Source: Octopus bimaculoides
Taxonomy: Eukaryota
Reading direction: 5' to 3'
Assembly: GCF_001194135.2 (NCBI RefSeq)
Contig: NC_069004.1
Coordinates: forward strand, 1,893,639-1,957,638
DNA: 64,000 bases
Shown here piece after piece: positions 14,722-27,626 of the stretch. The notes under the pieces were generated by a model, which saw only the letters and a list, made by a program, of their open reading frames with translations, had not been told where the DNA came from and ran no database searches. The first letter of the stretch is position 1, and the number at the start of each line of letters is the position of its first letter. The position numbers were made by a program, and so were the translations under genes.

Positions 14722-15344
14722 ATTTAATGTCCATTTTCTATGCTGGCATAGGTTGGAGATCTTGACAGGAACTGGCACGGTCAGAGGCCACACCAATAAA
14801 ATAGATACACGGTGTCTCTGTATGTATATGTTAGTCTCATATTGATATATACACACCTATCTGTCTATCCATATATATAAGACATTAAAGATAAGAATGG
14901 AGAATTATACATCCTCAAAAGCTTTTTTATTACAGTATTATATGCAATGCATTTCCTTCAGATCTCTGTCCAATATGTGTTTCTACTGCATCGATATTCT
15001 AAGATGTGGCAAAACACCATGTAATCATTTACTTTAAGCAATTTCCTGGAGTTACAAATCATTCAGTGTGGTTGGCCAGAACCTGGATTGTACTAAGGTA
15101 CTTGTAAGCTACCCACTCATGAAATTGTAAAGATCTTTTGGACATTGACTTATGAAGAATAAGCTGCAAATTTTCTGGGATTTTTTTTTGTAATATTTCC
15201 GTTTGTTGCGTTTTTGTTTAAATTTTTGGTATATATATATGTAGATGCGAAACCATTGGTCACTCTATGAGCGGACATAAACTTAATTACTCTGTGTGTG
15301 ATCATCATCATTTAACATATATATCTATATATATATATATATAT

Positions 15345-15580
15345 ATATATTAGTGGCTGGACATATTTTTGTACCACATTGCTTGTGCGGGTGGCACATA
15401 AAAGCACCCACTACACTCTCTGAGTGGTTGGCGTTAGGAAGGGCATCCAGCTGTAGAAACTCTGCCAAATTAGATTGGAGCCTGGTGTTGCCATCCGGTT
15501 TCACCAGTCCTCAGTCAAATCGTCCAACCCATGCTAGCATGGAAAGCGGACGTTAAATGATGATGATGATGATGATGATG
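15345..15580 (+). mobile_element. Repeat family C: retroposon ending ...ccaacccatgctagcatggaaagcggacgttaaa(TGA)n
   Basis: The same 3' end and (CAT/ATG)n tail recur at about 11430-11560, 12620-12740, 14690-14760, 19770-19960, 48770-48950, 50150-50340 and 53555-53740. Confidence 0.7.
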
Positions 15581-16430
15581 ATTGTAATAGACAGTGTATA
15601 GATAATGACCTTGTTTCCACACATTGGTAATTATTCTATCAGTCTCTTTGCCAAACTGCCAATTTATAGGGATGTAAACACCAGTTGTCAAGTGGTATTG
15701 GAGGACAAACATAGACACAAAACACGGACTTCCATATATATTACATACATACATACATATATACATATATATGATGGGCTTCTTTCAGTTTCCATCTAAC
15801 AAATCTGCTCACAAGGCTTTGGCCTGCCTGAGGCTATACTAGGACTTCAGACACTTGCCCGAGGTGCCACGCAGTGGGAGTGAACCCAGAACCCCTCTTA
15901 CCACACAGCCCTACCTGTGCCTCACTATATTTATCTTTAATATCTAAGTAATCTTTATTTAATTAGAGAAGCAATGTTGCATTATGTTATTTATGCTGAC
16001 ATCTGTTGGATGTATCTACCTGACATATGGCCCGTTTTGCCTATTTAATATCTCTCTCTCATCCTAAGTCTTTTTGTAAACTCTGTCTGCGGTTGTACAC
16101 CTACACATCTGCTTCAGATTCTTCGACACATACTTCTTTAATCAAAGTTGCCTCTGCTTATGAAGTAAGACACTCCAAACAACTGATTCCGTTGCAGTTT
16201 TCACCGCTTCTTGTCGGAGAACGTTGCTGAAGATGTTACAATTCTTTTCTCGAGACATGCAAATTTGTTTTACATTGTTTCTTCATTTCTGTCTGTTCAG
16301 CCAACCACCCTATTCTAGCTTTTATATAAGCATAACTATCAAATACTGTGTGTGCGCACATGTGTGTGTGTGTGTGTCTGTGTGTCTGTGCACATGCACA
16401 CAGATAGATAGATAGATAGATAGATAAGAT

Positions 16431-16473
<43 letters not shown>

Positions 16474-16613
16474 GTAGGCATGTAAGTAGGCAGGTAGGTA
16501 GGTAGATAGATGGTATATATATGTATGTATCATCCACTCTCTCATCCTCTCCCATGATCTTCTGCCCTCATCCTCTCTCTTATGCTCACCTTCTTATTCC
16601 TAGAGAGTTTACT

Positions 16614-17611
16614 NNNNNNNNNNNNNNNNNNNNNNNNNNNNNNNNNNNNNNNNNNNNNNNNNNNNNNNNNNNNNNNNNNNNNNNNNNNNNNNNNNNNNNN
16701 NNNNNNNNNNNNNNNNNNNNNNNNNNNNNNNNNNNNNNNNNNNNNNNNNNNNNNNNNNNNNNNNNNNNNNNNNNNNNNNNNNNNNNNNNNNNNNNNNNNN
16801 NNNNNNNNNNNNNNNNNNNNNNNNNNNNNNNNNNNNNNNNNNNNNNNNNNNNNNNNNNNNNNNNNNNNNNNNNNNNNNNNNNNNNNNNNNNNNNNNNNNN
16901 NNNNNNNNNNNNNNNNNNNNNNNNNNNNNNNNNNNNNNNNNNNNNNNNNNNNNNNNNNNNNNNNNNNNNNNNNNNNNNNNNNNNNNNNNNNNNNNNNNNN
17001 NNNNNNNNNNNNNNNNNNNNNNNNNNNNNNNNNNNNNNNNNNNNNNNNNNNNNNNNNNNNNNNNNNNNNNNNNNNNNNNNNNNNNNNNNNNNNNNNNNNN
17101 NNNNNNNNNNNNNNNNNNNNNNNNNNNNNNNNNNNNNNNNNNNNNNNNNNNNNNNNNNNNNNNNNNNNNNNNNNNNNNNNNNNNNNNNNNNNNNNNNNNN
17201 NNNNNNNNNNNNNNNNNNNNNNNNNNNNNNNNNNNNNNNNNNNNNNNNNNNNNNNNNNNNNNNNNNNNNNNNNNNNNNNNNNNNNNNNNNNNNNNNNNNN
17301 NNNNNNNNNNNNNNNNNNNNNNNNNNNNNNNNNNNNNNNNNNNNNNNNNNNNNNNNNNNNNNNNNNNNNNNNNNNNNNNNNNNNNNNNNNNNNNNNNNNN
17401 NNNNNNNNNNNNNNNNNNNNNNNNNNNNNNNNNNNNNNNNNNNNNNNNNNNNNNNNNNNNNNNNNNNNNNNNNNNNNNNNNNNNNNNNNNNNNNNNNNNN
17501 NNNNNNNNNNNNNNNNNNNNNNNNNNNNNNNNNNNNNNNNNNNNNNNNNNNNNNNNNNNNNNNNNNNNNNNNNNNNNNNNNNNNNNNNNNNNNNNNNNNN
17601 NNNNNNNNNNN
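16614..17611. other. Assembly gap (largest)
   Basis: Run of N. Other large gaps at 6466-6995, 12136-12260, 28173-28307, 37995-38406, 56969-56993 and 57680-58537; most abut microsatellites and could hide exons. Confidence 0.99.
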
Positions 17612-18984
17612 NTTTTTTTTTTTTTTTTTTCTGTTTTTAATCCTCATTAAAAAGCTTTTCTGCCAGCCTCTTTGCAACGGATACCTTAACTGTTTAAAGA
17701 GAGAGAGAGAGAGAGAGACTGTTTAACTCATTTTAAGAAGCTCATCCCTTTTATTTCTTTCCACCCCTTTTGGTATGTGAGCTCTGCATCTTTTATTGTT
17801 AGTCATGTGTGCGTGTATGCATCTGTACGTGTGTATCTAGTGCCTGTGTGTATACACCTGTAAATATGTGTTTGTGTGCATATGTGTGTGTCATATAACT
17901 TTGCTACATCTAGCATCTACTCTCTCTCTATCTCTCTCTCTCTGTCTGTTCCCTGCTTCTAGTCAGTCTGATAGGGTTTCAGTTTCGTTCTCACTGCAGT
18001 ATAAATAGATCAATGTATTTTAAGACTCAACAAAGTCTTTTTGTGAATATCCTGTTAAACATTATGTTGAATAAAACTATCCACTGGAATGCCACAACCC
18101 AAGTAAACATGGCAGTGTCTGAAGAGTCTCCATGTTTCTGAGGCAAGATTAATCGTACGGCACCAAAGCATACAAAGATACACAGTTTCAAATCAGACAG
18201 TGTTGCATCACTCCAAGATGTACTTCCAAAATTTCTCAAGAAACATTAGTGGAACCTATGCAAGGGTTAAAGATGACCGAGTGCTCTACTGCTAAGGCTG
18301 TGAGAAAATGCACCCAGCTCACTCTATACAAAGGGGTTGGGGATACGAAGGACATCCAGCCATAGAAATGAGATTAAATGACACATACAACCAGTAGTCT
18401 TTAGAAATTGTGGCTCCCAATAAGAAATAACTCATCTGATCCATGCCGCCATGGAAAGCAGATGTAAAATAATGACAATAATGATGCATTTTCTCACATC
18501 ATGCTGAGCGTATTTCGTCATCGCTACATTGTACATTGAATTTCTGCCCAGGTCGACTTTGTCTTTCATCTATTCAGGGTCGATAAATTAAGTACCGGTT
18601 GCGTACTTGGGTCGATCTAATCGAGTGACCCCCCCCTCCCCCCAAATTCCAGGCCTTGTGCCTATAGTAGAAAGGATTATTATTATTATTGTTGTTCTTG
18701 CTATTATTAGTCACCATGTATTCCAGTTTTTGGAATAGTTACACCTTAGGCATCTCTGCCTGTTGTAGAGGACATAAAAAACTAATAAACATGAAGCAAT
18801 GTTCTCTGTGTGTGTGTGTGTGGATGACAGTGATCTGAGGATGGTTAATGGTGTTTATGTATGTGAAGGACAGGTTGCTTGTACTCTATTATAGAAAGAC
18901 TCCTTTGCCTTATAAGTTCACTTTGACAGTGAAGTATTATTATATGAGTGAGAGAGACTGACTCACAGCTACTTAGAGAGGAGG

Positions 18985-19072
18985 AGAAGAAGAAGAAGAA
19001 GAAGAAGAAGAAGAAGAAGAAGAAGAAGAAGAAGAAGAAGAAGAAGAAGAAAAAGAAGAAGAAGAAGGAGAA
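18985..19072. repeat. (AAG)n trinucleotide microsatellite
   Basis: Long near-perfect run; produces the poly-Ser ORF 18973..19332. Confidence 0.95.
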
Positions 19073-20145
19073 GGCGTTGTCAGAGAGCAGTAAAGAAAAT
19101 TAGTGTGTGTGAGTTTGTGGCTGGTTAAACAGACTGAAAGAGAATGTGTGGGTGTGTGCAGAGGATTGTGTATGTAAGCCATGATGTGTGAGGGGGCAGT
19201 GTATTTGTAAGAAATGGAAAGTAGGTGTAGAGGGAGTGTGTGTGTGTGTGTTTTGTGTATTGATGGTGTTGATGTTGCAATAAATATGCTTCTGCTTGAG
19301 AAAGATGAGAGACAAAGAGAAAATGTTGGCATCTATGAATGTGTGCGTATGTGTTCATTGATAGATATTTGTGTATATATATATAAACAGGATATAGGTC
19401 TGTATGCGTGTGATTATAAGATTACATGTTTTCATACCGGCATGGGTTGGACAAGTCATCACTACCAGGTATCAGTTGCTATTTTGTATTGCTACTACAG
19501 TTAAACATCTCTCTCTCTATATATATATGTATGTATGTACTTGTATGTCTGTGTTTGTCCCCCCACTATTGTTTTACAACTGGTGTTGGTGTGTTTTCAT
19601 CTCTGTAACATTAGCAGTTTGCCAAAAGACACCAATAGAATAAGTACTAGGCTTAAAACCAATTGTCCTGGGGTCGATTTGTTTGACTAAAGGCAGTGCT
19701 CCAGCATGGCCACAGTCAAATGACTAAAACAAATAAAAGAATAACAAATTGGTAATACTTTTCATGAAAAGTACTGGTGGTGGTTCTACATAAAAAGCAC
19801 CCAGTACACTCTGTGGAATGTTTGGCATCAGATCCAGCGGTAGAAACCATACCAAGACAGACAACTGGAGCCGAGTGCAGCCCCTGGTCTTGCTAGCTTC
19901 TGTCAAGTCATCCAACCCATGCCAGCATGGAAAATAGAAGTTAAATGATGAGGATGATGATGATGGTTATTGTGGATGATTAATGAGGATTCGTTTACTT
20001 ATAGTTGGTTTGCCCACTTTTGTAGTTCCGCCATTTTATGTGCAAAGAACGAAAGACAACCTTGAAATGTTTCCCAACATTCAGTTATTTGAATGTGAAA
20101 CTGAAAGGTGTGCCTTGATATGTTAAACCTTTATGTGTCAGCTGA

Positions 20146-20160
20146 CTGGCTGGCTGGCTG

Positions 20161-20197
<37 letters not shown>

Positions 20198-20202
20198 TTG
20201 GC
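20146..20202. repeat. (TGGC)n tetranucleotide microsatellite
   Basis: Read directly. Confidence 0.9.
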
Positions 20203-21239
20203 TTTAAAATGCCAGCTGCCCTGACTCACTCAATCATGCCTTTCTAATAACTAGAACTTTTCATTAAATTTGTAGCAATATAAACGAGGTAGGGGTGGTG
20301 GTAAGCAGTTTCATTAACATTTTGATAGATTACTACAGAGGGGTAAGAGACCATTGTTATAGTCAAGAGAGAGAGAGAGAGAAGGGTTGAAGAGGGAAAT
20401 TATTAAAAGTGGGAGCGGATCATCTCCACCACCATAGATGTAATTAAAATATCATAACTTATCGCTGCTTGGTTGCTTCACAATCAACAAGTTCCAGTTT
20501 GAACATTAATGGAAAGAAATCAAGTTTTTGTTGGGGTTTTGTTTGTTTTATTTTTCTGAGCTTTTTTTTTTTTTGCTATAAAGGTAAAAAAGAGATTGTG
20601 AACAACTTCTTAATTGTCTAAAGTAGAATAATTGCTTTTTATTTATCAAGAAAAACCACTGTACAAAAGAAAACAGAAAATTTCTATCATCACCATCATC
20701 ATCATTTAGCATTCAGCTTCTAAGCTTGCCTGGGTTGGATGGCTTGATAGGGTCAGATCAATTGGAGGACTGCATCATGCACCAATGTCTAGAGCTGGAT
20801 GCTCTCCCTGTCATCAACCACATTACAACAGAGTGTACTGGGTGTATATTGTGGGATCAGCACTGATGCTGATAATCACCTCTTTACTTTGCAGGGAACA
20901 AGAGAGATTGATGGGATTAGTGAGGAGATTAAAGAATAGGAACAAAAAGAGTTTAACTTTGTGGCATTTAGATTATTCTATCGAATGGGAGAACCCTTCA
21001 GTCATGAATAACCATGGCATTGCAAATAGAAAGTTCCGCTCCAAGGCACAAGTCCGGGTAAGGTGGCAGTAAAGGTAACCTCTAAGAGGGAGTGGCCTGA
21101 GTGGAGAAGAGATGGAGGTCTTGGAAAGGAGACATAAGGGGACAGAGTGGTAAGAAAAAAAAATAGTAAAATTGTAATAAAAAAAAAGGATAATCAGAAA
21201 CCAGGCAATCAAGCTCCTTCCATTATACATTGTCCCAAA

Positions 21240-21455
21240 GGCAGCGAGCTGGCAGAAACATTAGTACACCGAGCGAAATGCTTAGCAGTATTTCGTTTGT
21301 CTTTACGTTCTGGGTTCAAATTCTGCCGAGGTCGGCTTTGCCTTTCATCCTTTTGGGGTTGATAAATCAAGTACCAGTCACGTACTGGGGATCAACCTAA
21401 TTGACTGGTCCCCTCCCCAAAAATTTCGGGCCTTGTGCCCAGAGTAGAAAAGAAT
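21240..21455 (+). mobile_element. SINE family A, short-tail variant (representative copy)
   Basis: ggcagcgagctggcagaa...gggttcaaattc...ggggttgataaa...ccttgtgcccagagtagaaaagaat. Other copies at about 4225-4440, 5525-5725, 18500-18685, 44626-44830, 46575-46685, 47449-47660 (+) and 54610-54830, 56540-56745 (-). Confidence 0.85.
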
Positions 21456-22197
21456 GTGTCCCAGGGGATATTGATGTTCCCTCTTCTAAAACTTTTGTAA
21501 CACCCCAAAACACACACAAGATTACTAGCATTATGTGACTGGTCATGGTTGGAGTGTCTTTGATCATAGATCTACTGGATGAGGGCTGACTTTGACCTGA
21601 ACAACAACAACAACTGTAAATGCTGCTGCTGCTGCTGCTGCTGGTAAAGGTGGCAGTAGTGGTGGTCACATTGGTATTAAGTAGGTTTTGGTTTATTGTA
21701 AACATAAAACAGCCTTTTGTCAGACGATAAACAACAACAGTTGCATATTGTTTTGCTACAGTTTTTTATTTTGTATTTTAGACTTTGATTATTCTATTCT
21801 GAATTATTTGTCATAAAAACAATAATAAATAATTTCTTACGTAAAATAATAATTTCTTAATTTAAGAGAAAAAAAACAAAATAAGCTGAGCAATGATTAA
21901 TTATCTACATCTGCAGGGAGTTGTGGAATTTATTCTTTTATTGAAGGGGTGCTAGCTAAGAAACTGGAAAATGTTGCAATTAGAGAATGGTAACCAAGTC
22001 AGAAACTTGATCCACCATCACCACCATAACCACTACCAGTTGATATTACCCAAGGAGCCATGTGGCCCCTTATAAGCCACCTATTTTTAACAAGTAAGCT
22101 GCAGGGACGGCAGTAAGCTGGCAGACATGTTAGGGGCTTTTGATAGAATGCTTTGCAATGTTTATTCCAACTCCCAGTATTCTGTGTTTGACTTTAA

Positions 22198-22423
22198 CCC
22201 TTTAGCATTTGAACCATCCATATCCCACCCAAATATTCTACCTGTTTTATGTTCAAACTGGCCAGATCAGGCCTCTCACAACAACCCTACAATGTCATTG
22301 TAAAAATAAACAAGTTACCTCATCAAGATTTCAAAGCTATGAGATAATGCTTGGTGAATTCAAAACGATCTGAATAAATAACCATTAATTACGTTTGACA
22401 AAGTAATTTGAATGCTAAAAGGG
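22198..22423. mobile_element. piggyBac-type MITE family 1, complete, inserted into a SINE
   Basis: TTAA|CCCTTTAGCATT...AATGCTAAAAGGG|TTAA; flanks are the two halves of a degenerate SINE. Confidence 0.8.
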
Positions 22424-23999
22424 TTAAATCTAGCTCCATGTTCAACTTTCGCCATTTTAGGGGTCGATAAAAATGTGCTGATCAAGGGAATGGATTGCTG
22501 AAAATTTTGAAGCATTGGAAGAGATGCTTTGCATTATTTGTTCCAACTCCCTGTGTTCTGAGTCTAAGCTTAAATCTAACTCTGTGTTGAACTTTGCCTT
22601 TCATCCATTCAGGTAAGGCCCTCTTGGCAGCACCTTGGCCCCTGGACAAATCAAAGCATTGAGCCCTGGCGTTAGTTCACATTACTCTGTAAGGAGCATA
22701 GGCCCGGTTTCCCAGTTTCTCTGGCGTATATATATTCCTCCTTGGACAGGATGCTGGGCCACACGATGGAGATGGGTGTAGCCCCTCGCTTTACCCCTTA
22801 CCAGCTCCTGTCAAACCCATGCCAGCATGGGAAAACAGACGTTAACTGGTGGTGGTGGTGGTGGTTGTGTGGCGGTGGTGGTGGCCTTAATTGGGCTTGG
22901 GGCATATTGAATGTATTGTCTTTGTTTCCCTATAGTGTCAACGAGTACATAGCAAGACACTGGAGTACGTGTCCTTTTTCCAGATTAGTCAGCTGAACTT
23001 AAAAGTTGACAGAGGTGAGTGAGGTGAGTGAGGTGATTCAGTGGAGACAATGTAGGAAAAGTTCCTTTTGCACAGACAAATGTATTACGGATTGTTTTTG
23101 TTTTTGTTTTTGTTTTTATGGTAGAAACTGTGTTAGCCTGCACACAAACTTGCTATTTATCCCTCGTTAGCCATAGGTAAATCAAAATAATTATAATCCT
23201 TTGTGAGCAGAGAGATGACTGAAAGTAACTAATTATATTTCTTTACAAAATGCTATGCATGGCGACAGGGAGGCACTTGAAAAGGTATAAAATAGAAATA
23301 TTATTTATAATAAAGAAATTATTTTTATTTTCCTTCTTCCTTTTTCTATCTGAAGTGATTATTCTTGGTGAGTTAATTATAGTAATCTTATTTTTGTTGT
23401 TAATTTATTCCATTACTATTGTTGTTTTTATTCCATTATAGACTTGTTCCCTTTTAATTGCATGTAATAAATAAAGCAGGAGAAAGCAATTGTCTTCTTT
23501 TACTGAGTAATCTTGTAAAAGTGTGCAGTGTGAACAACTGTTATTGCACATGTAGATCTTCTAAAATAACTAACTGCAGGAGAAAGCCAACTTTAGCCAA
23601 GTTTATCTTAGGTTTATTTTTAAGCACCCCACTCCTTTCTCACAAATAGCTTTTAAACTGTTTTTATGTCTGCAAACATACAAGGAATATCAAAATCAAC
23701 TTTGGTAAATCTGTAGTTTTTCTCTTCTATTTTCGCTTTGTCTTTTTTCTTCTTTTCGGTTCACCTCCAGCCACCCTTTTCCCTATTTGCTCTCCCTGTC
23801 ATCTTCTCAGTCTCTGTTAAACATCTTGATACAGACAAACTTAACCATCCTGTTGCTGCTTTTTTTTTATTTCTTATTCAAGCAACACAGTGCTAGCTCT
23901 ATCTACCTTTCAAACAATCACTACCTTCCTTTAAACTACTATACAGCTCCCCATCTACTTCTTCTTCCCCTCCACTCTCTCTCTCTCTTTTTTTCTTTC

Positions 24000-24038
<39 letters not shown>

Positions 24039-24223
24039 TGCTTGAGACTTACCAAACTACTACTTTTTGCTGCCTGCTAGCATTACCAAACCTAACTAAC
24101 TACTAAGTTCTTTCATTCTTCTAGTTTTCTAGAATGGTATGAGGTTAGTTACTCTTCAAACAGCTCTCTAGATCTTAGCAACTGCTATGAAATAATTCCA
24201 TTTATATTGTTTCACTACAAAGC

Positions 24224-24547
24224 ATGGCCTGGAGATTAATTCAGATTCATGAAGGTGACAAATTAAATTTCCAACATAAGTTTCCAAACATCAGTACCAG
24301 TTTCCATGAAAGTAGCCAACATAAGTATAACTTAAAGCTTCCCGATGATAAATTCCATACTCGCTTACTTATGAACTGCAGTACAAGCTGGACTGCCGGC
24401 TATGGCTGTGTGCAGAGGAAAAAACTGAAAGGATTCAAAGTCTACAGGAGACGAAAGAAATACGAAAACGGGGACATAGTTTTAAACAATATGTTTCCTG
24501 CTAAAACTCGGTCTCTCTACATACTCTCCCGGCTTCTCCGGCAACTT
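24224..24547 (+). CDS. Candidate alternative first exon (or phase 0-0 cassette from 24245) of the OTULIN-family gene
   Basis: 108 non-repetitive codons from ATG (MAWRLIQIHEG...RKKLKGFKVYRRRKKY...LSRLLRQL) ending exactly at a consensus donor CTT|gtaagt in phase 0; CpGs locally retained; no family recognised. Confidence 0.45.
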
Positions 24548-24711
24548 GTAAGTAAACCAAACTCAAATTACTATTTCAGTTTCTGTTTTTCTTTTGCTAT
24601 CAATCTATATTCATCCAGTCAGATTTTCAAACTCCTTCTTCTTCTTCTAAGTACAGTCTTTCTCCTGTTTTCCTAAATGCAATCCGTTTCAAATCGAACG
24701 TAACCAGTGAG

Positions 24712-24890
24712 GCACAGGCATGGCTGTGTGGTTAAGCAGCTCAGTTTGCAGCTAGATGGTTTGGGGTTCAGTCCCACTGTGCAGCACCTAGAGTATATGT
24801 TCTTTACTACATAGCCTTGTGATTGAATTTGATCAACAGAAACTGTGTGGAAGCCTGTTGCATCTTTATGCATGCATGCATGCATGTATG

Positions 24891-24921
<31 letters not shown>

Positions 24922-25190
24922 GAGTCTTTGTGTTTGTGATTTAACACACACGCACACACACACACGTACCCACTGCTTAACAGTTGACATTGGTTTGTGT
25001 GTGTCCCCATAACTTAGCGGTTCAACAAAAAGACACCCGCAACATAAGTACCAGACTTTAAAAAAAAAAATTAAAATTAAATTTTTTTTTTAAAAAGCAT
25101 AAATACTTTCATTGATTTGCTCAACTAAAACCTTTCAGTCAGTGCTCCAGCATGACCACAGTCCAATGACTGAAACATCAAATAAAAGAT
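24712..25190 (+). mobile_element. tRNA-derived SINE family B with internal microsatellite (representative copy)
   Basis: Head tggctgtgtggttaag...gggttcagtcccactg, central (TATG)n/(CA)n, 3' part cataacttagcggtt...gtgctccagcatg.cc.cagtc.aatgactgaaaca. Other copies or halves at about 7195-7520, 19520-19745, 25590-25780, 27115-27270, 31325-31480, 32330-32560, 37505-37835, 42710-42850, 47676-47845, 50400-50550, 56845-56968, 60345-60930, 61340-61760. Confidence 0.8.
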
Positions 25191-26389
25191 TTTAAAAAAA
25201 AGAAAGAAAGAAAGAAAGTAGATAAAAGCTACCAACATTCATTTCTAGCCCTACAACTCTTTTTCTTCTATTACTACTACTACTACTGCTACTACTACTA
25301 CTGCTACGACTACTACTACTACTACAAACAGCTTTATCACTATTATTTTAACACCCCTACCGCAGTTATTGCTACTAACAATAGATCTTAGTTCCTTTGA
25401 ACTGATTGTCTTAATACACCCAGAACTTGCTAACCCATCTCTCTACCAGATGACTATGTTTGGAAAATGAAGTTGATATTCTTCAACAAAGCCATTCCCT
25501 TCAGTTCAATTGACCAGAGCTCCCAAATTTACCAATTCTTAAGTTTTGTTTTGTTTTCTTAACTATCTTTTACCTGTTTCCGTCATAAGACTACAGCCAT
25601 GCTGGAGCAGCACTTTGAAGAATTTTTTTTTAGTCGAATGAATCAACCCCCACCCCGGATTTATTTATTTATTTTTTCAAAGCTTGGTACTTATTCTATC
25701 AGTCTTTTTTTTTGCGAAAACGCTAACTTACAGGGGACGTAAACACACCAACACTGGTTGTCAAGCAGTGGTAGGGGACAAACAGTCAATCCAATCAATG
25801 GAACAGCTTGCTTGTGAGATCAATGTGCAAGCGGCTGAGCACTCCACAGACACGTGTACTCTTAACGTAGTTCTCAGGGAGATTCAATGTGACACAGAAT
25901 GTGACGGGGCTGGCCCCCTTTGAATTACAGGTGCAACTCATTTTTGCCACCTGAATGGACTGAGACAACATGAAATAAAGTGTCTTGCTCAAGAATATAA
26001 TGCACCACCAGGAATTGAACTCATGACCTTATGATTGTAAGCTGAGTTCCCCAACCACTAAGCCACGCACCTTCACACTGGGGTACAGATATATAAAAGT
26101 ACTCAATACATGTTTATACTAAGGGTGCACAAATTCTCATGTATGTTTTGTCCACATGTACAGTAAACAAGATTTCATATTTTCTGAAACAGGGTTTCCT
26201 TCAATCTTTTAGTCAACTGTACACACCAGTAGATTAATAAGAAAGGATTAATAACGATTTAATTTAGCACTTGATACACTTTCAGATAGTTAAGTGTCTT
26301 TGATGCTAATTACCATTTGGCATGCATCAGGAGGGTCTGTTTTGAAGTTAATGAGAAAGAATGCAAAACATGAGTCAAAACATATTTCT

Positions 26390-26790
26390 ATTTTTCTCTG
26401 TAGGATTGGAGTAGGGTAGAGAAAATATAAAGTTTCTCTGCAAGGCAGAGGTAATAGTAGCTTGATCCACTCCTAAATGCTGGTGCCTCATCTAGCATTA
26501 GCCATCTAATGCTACTCATGGTTTCTCCATTATCTTTTCTAATTGCCAAATATACTTTGAAAGGTACTAGTGAGAGAATGAGCTGTTCTGCTGGTGCCGG
26601 TAATTTTGAAGGAGTGCTCTATCTTGCTTGTTGATGTATCATTGGTGGAGACATCAACATCATATACAATTACTTTTGTTTTGTTTTTTTCTTCTTGGCA
26701 TCTGCCTTTAGGGAGGCAGAGTGCTATATTTTGACAATTACATGTTAGCTGCTTTATATTTTGGCTCGTTTGCAATCTTTGTACATTGCT
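26390..26790 (-). mobile_element. Penelope-like retroelement, degenerate GIY-YIG endonuclease region
   Basis: Minus strand TCNCQNIALCLPKGRC...VIVYDVDVSTNDT...EHSFK, then IRWLMLDEAPAFRSGSSYYYLCLAEKLYI; fits the Penelope pattern CNC....CPL.G.C...vIY...V / I.W.I.......C.LCL.EK..I. Confidence 0.65.
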
Positions 26791-27043
26791 GCAAGATGAC
26801 TGCGACCTAAGCTATTAATTTTTCAACTTTTTTTTTCCTGAATTTATTCATATGTGAGTCGACCAGAAACTCAATTAAACACAATTTAGATAACATGTAA
26901 CCATGTATGTTTTACTTAATACATGTGTGTGTGTGTGTGTGTGTGTGTAGTTTAGGATAATCAGTAAGTTGTCATAATAGGACTCAGTCTCAAATGCTGG
27001 ATGTCTCATTCTTTTGTTGTCATTTTATTATTATTATTATTAT

Positions 27044-27075
<32 letters not shown>

Positions 27076-27079
27076 TTTA

Positions 27080-27114
<35 letters not shown>

Positions 27115-27579
27115 CACAGGCACAGCTATGTGGTTAAGAAGTTTGCTTTCCAACCATGTAGTTTCAAGTTCAATCCTGCTGTGTGCCACCTTGGTCAAGT
27201 GTCTTCTACCGTAGACCTGGATCAATCAAAGCCTTGTGGTTGGATGTGGTAGACAGAAAATGAATGAAACACATCATGATCATCATCATACATCATATAT
27301 GTGCAGCACATTGGTTGCACTACACCATATGCCTTCCTAATTAAGCGTTAGTCCTCCACCTGCCTTGCCACTCTTGCTTGACCAGTTCATGGCATTGTCC
27401 ATCCATTGTGTTCTTTGTCTGCTTCTTGATTTACTGCCCTCTACAATTCCTTCCATGATAAAGTTTTCCAAACCTCTCCTTCTATGACAGATGAGCTTTT
27501 GTTTTTCCACAATATTCAGGAGTTGTCGTCTTTCACTTATTTATATATACACACACACACACACACACAGAAACATTAT

Positions 27580-27626
<47 letters not shown>

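Noticed and set aside
21240-21320. tRNA-like A and B boxes in the repeats
   Set aside because: These are SINE heads without a full cloverleaf; no genuine tRNA, rRNA or CRISPR array was seen.
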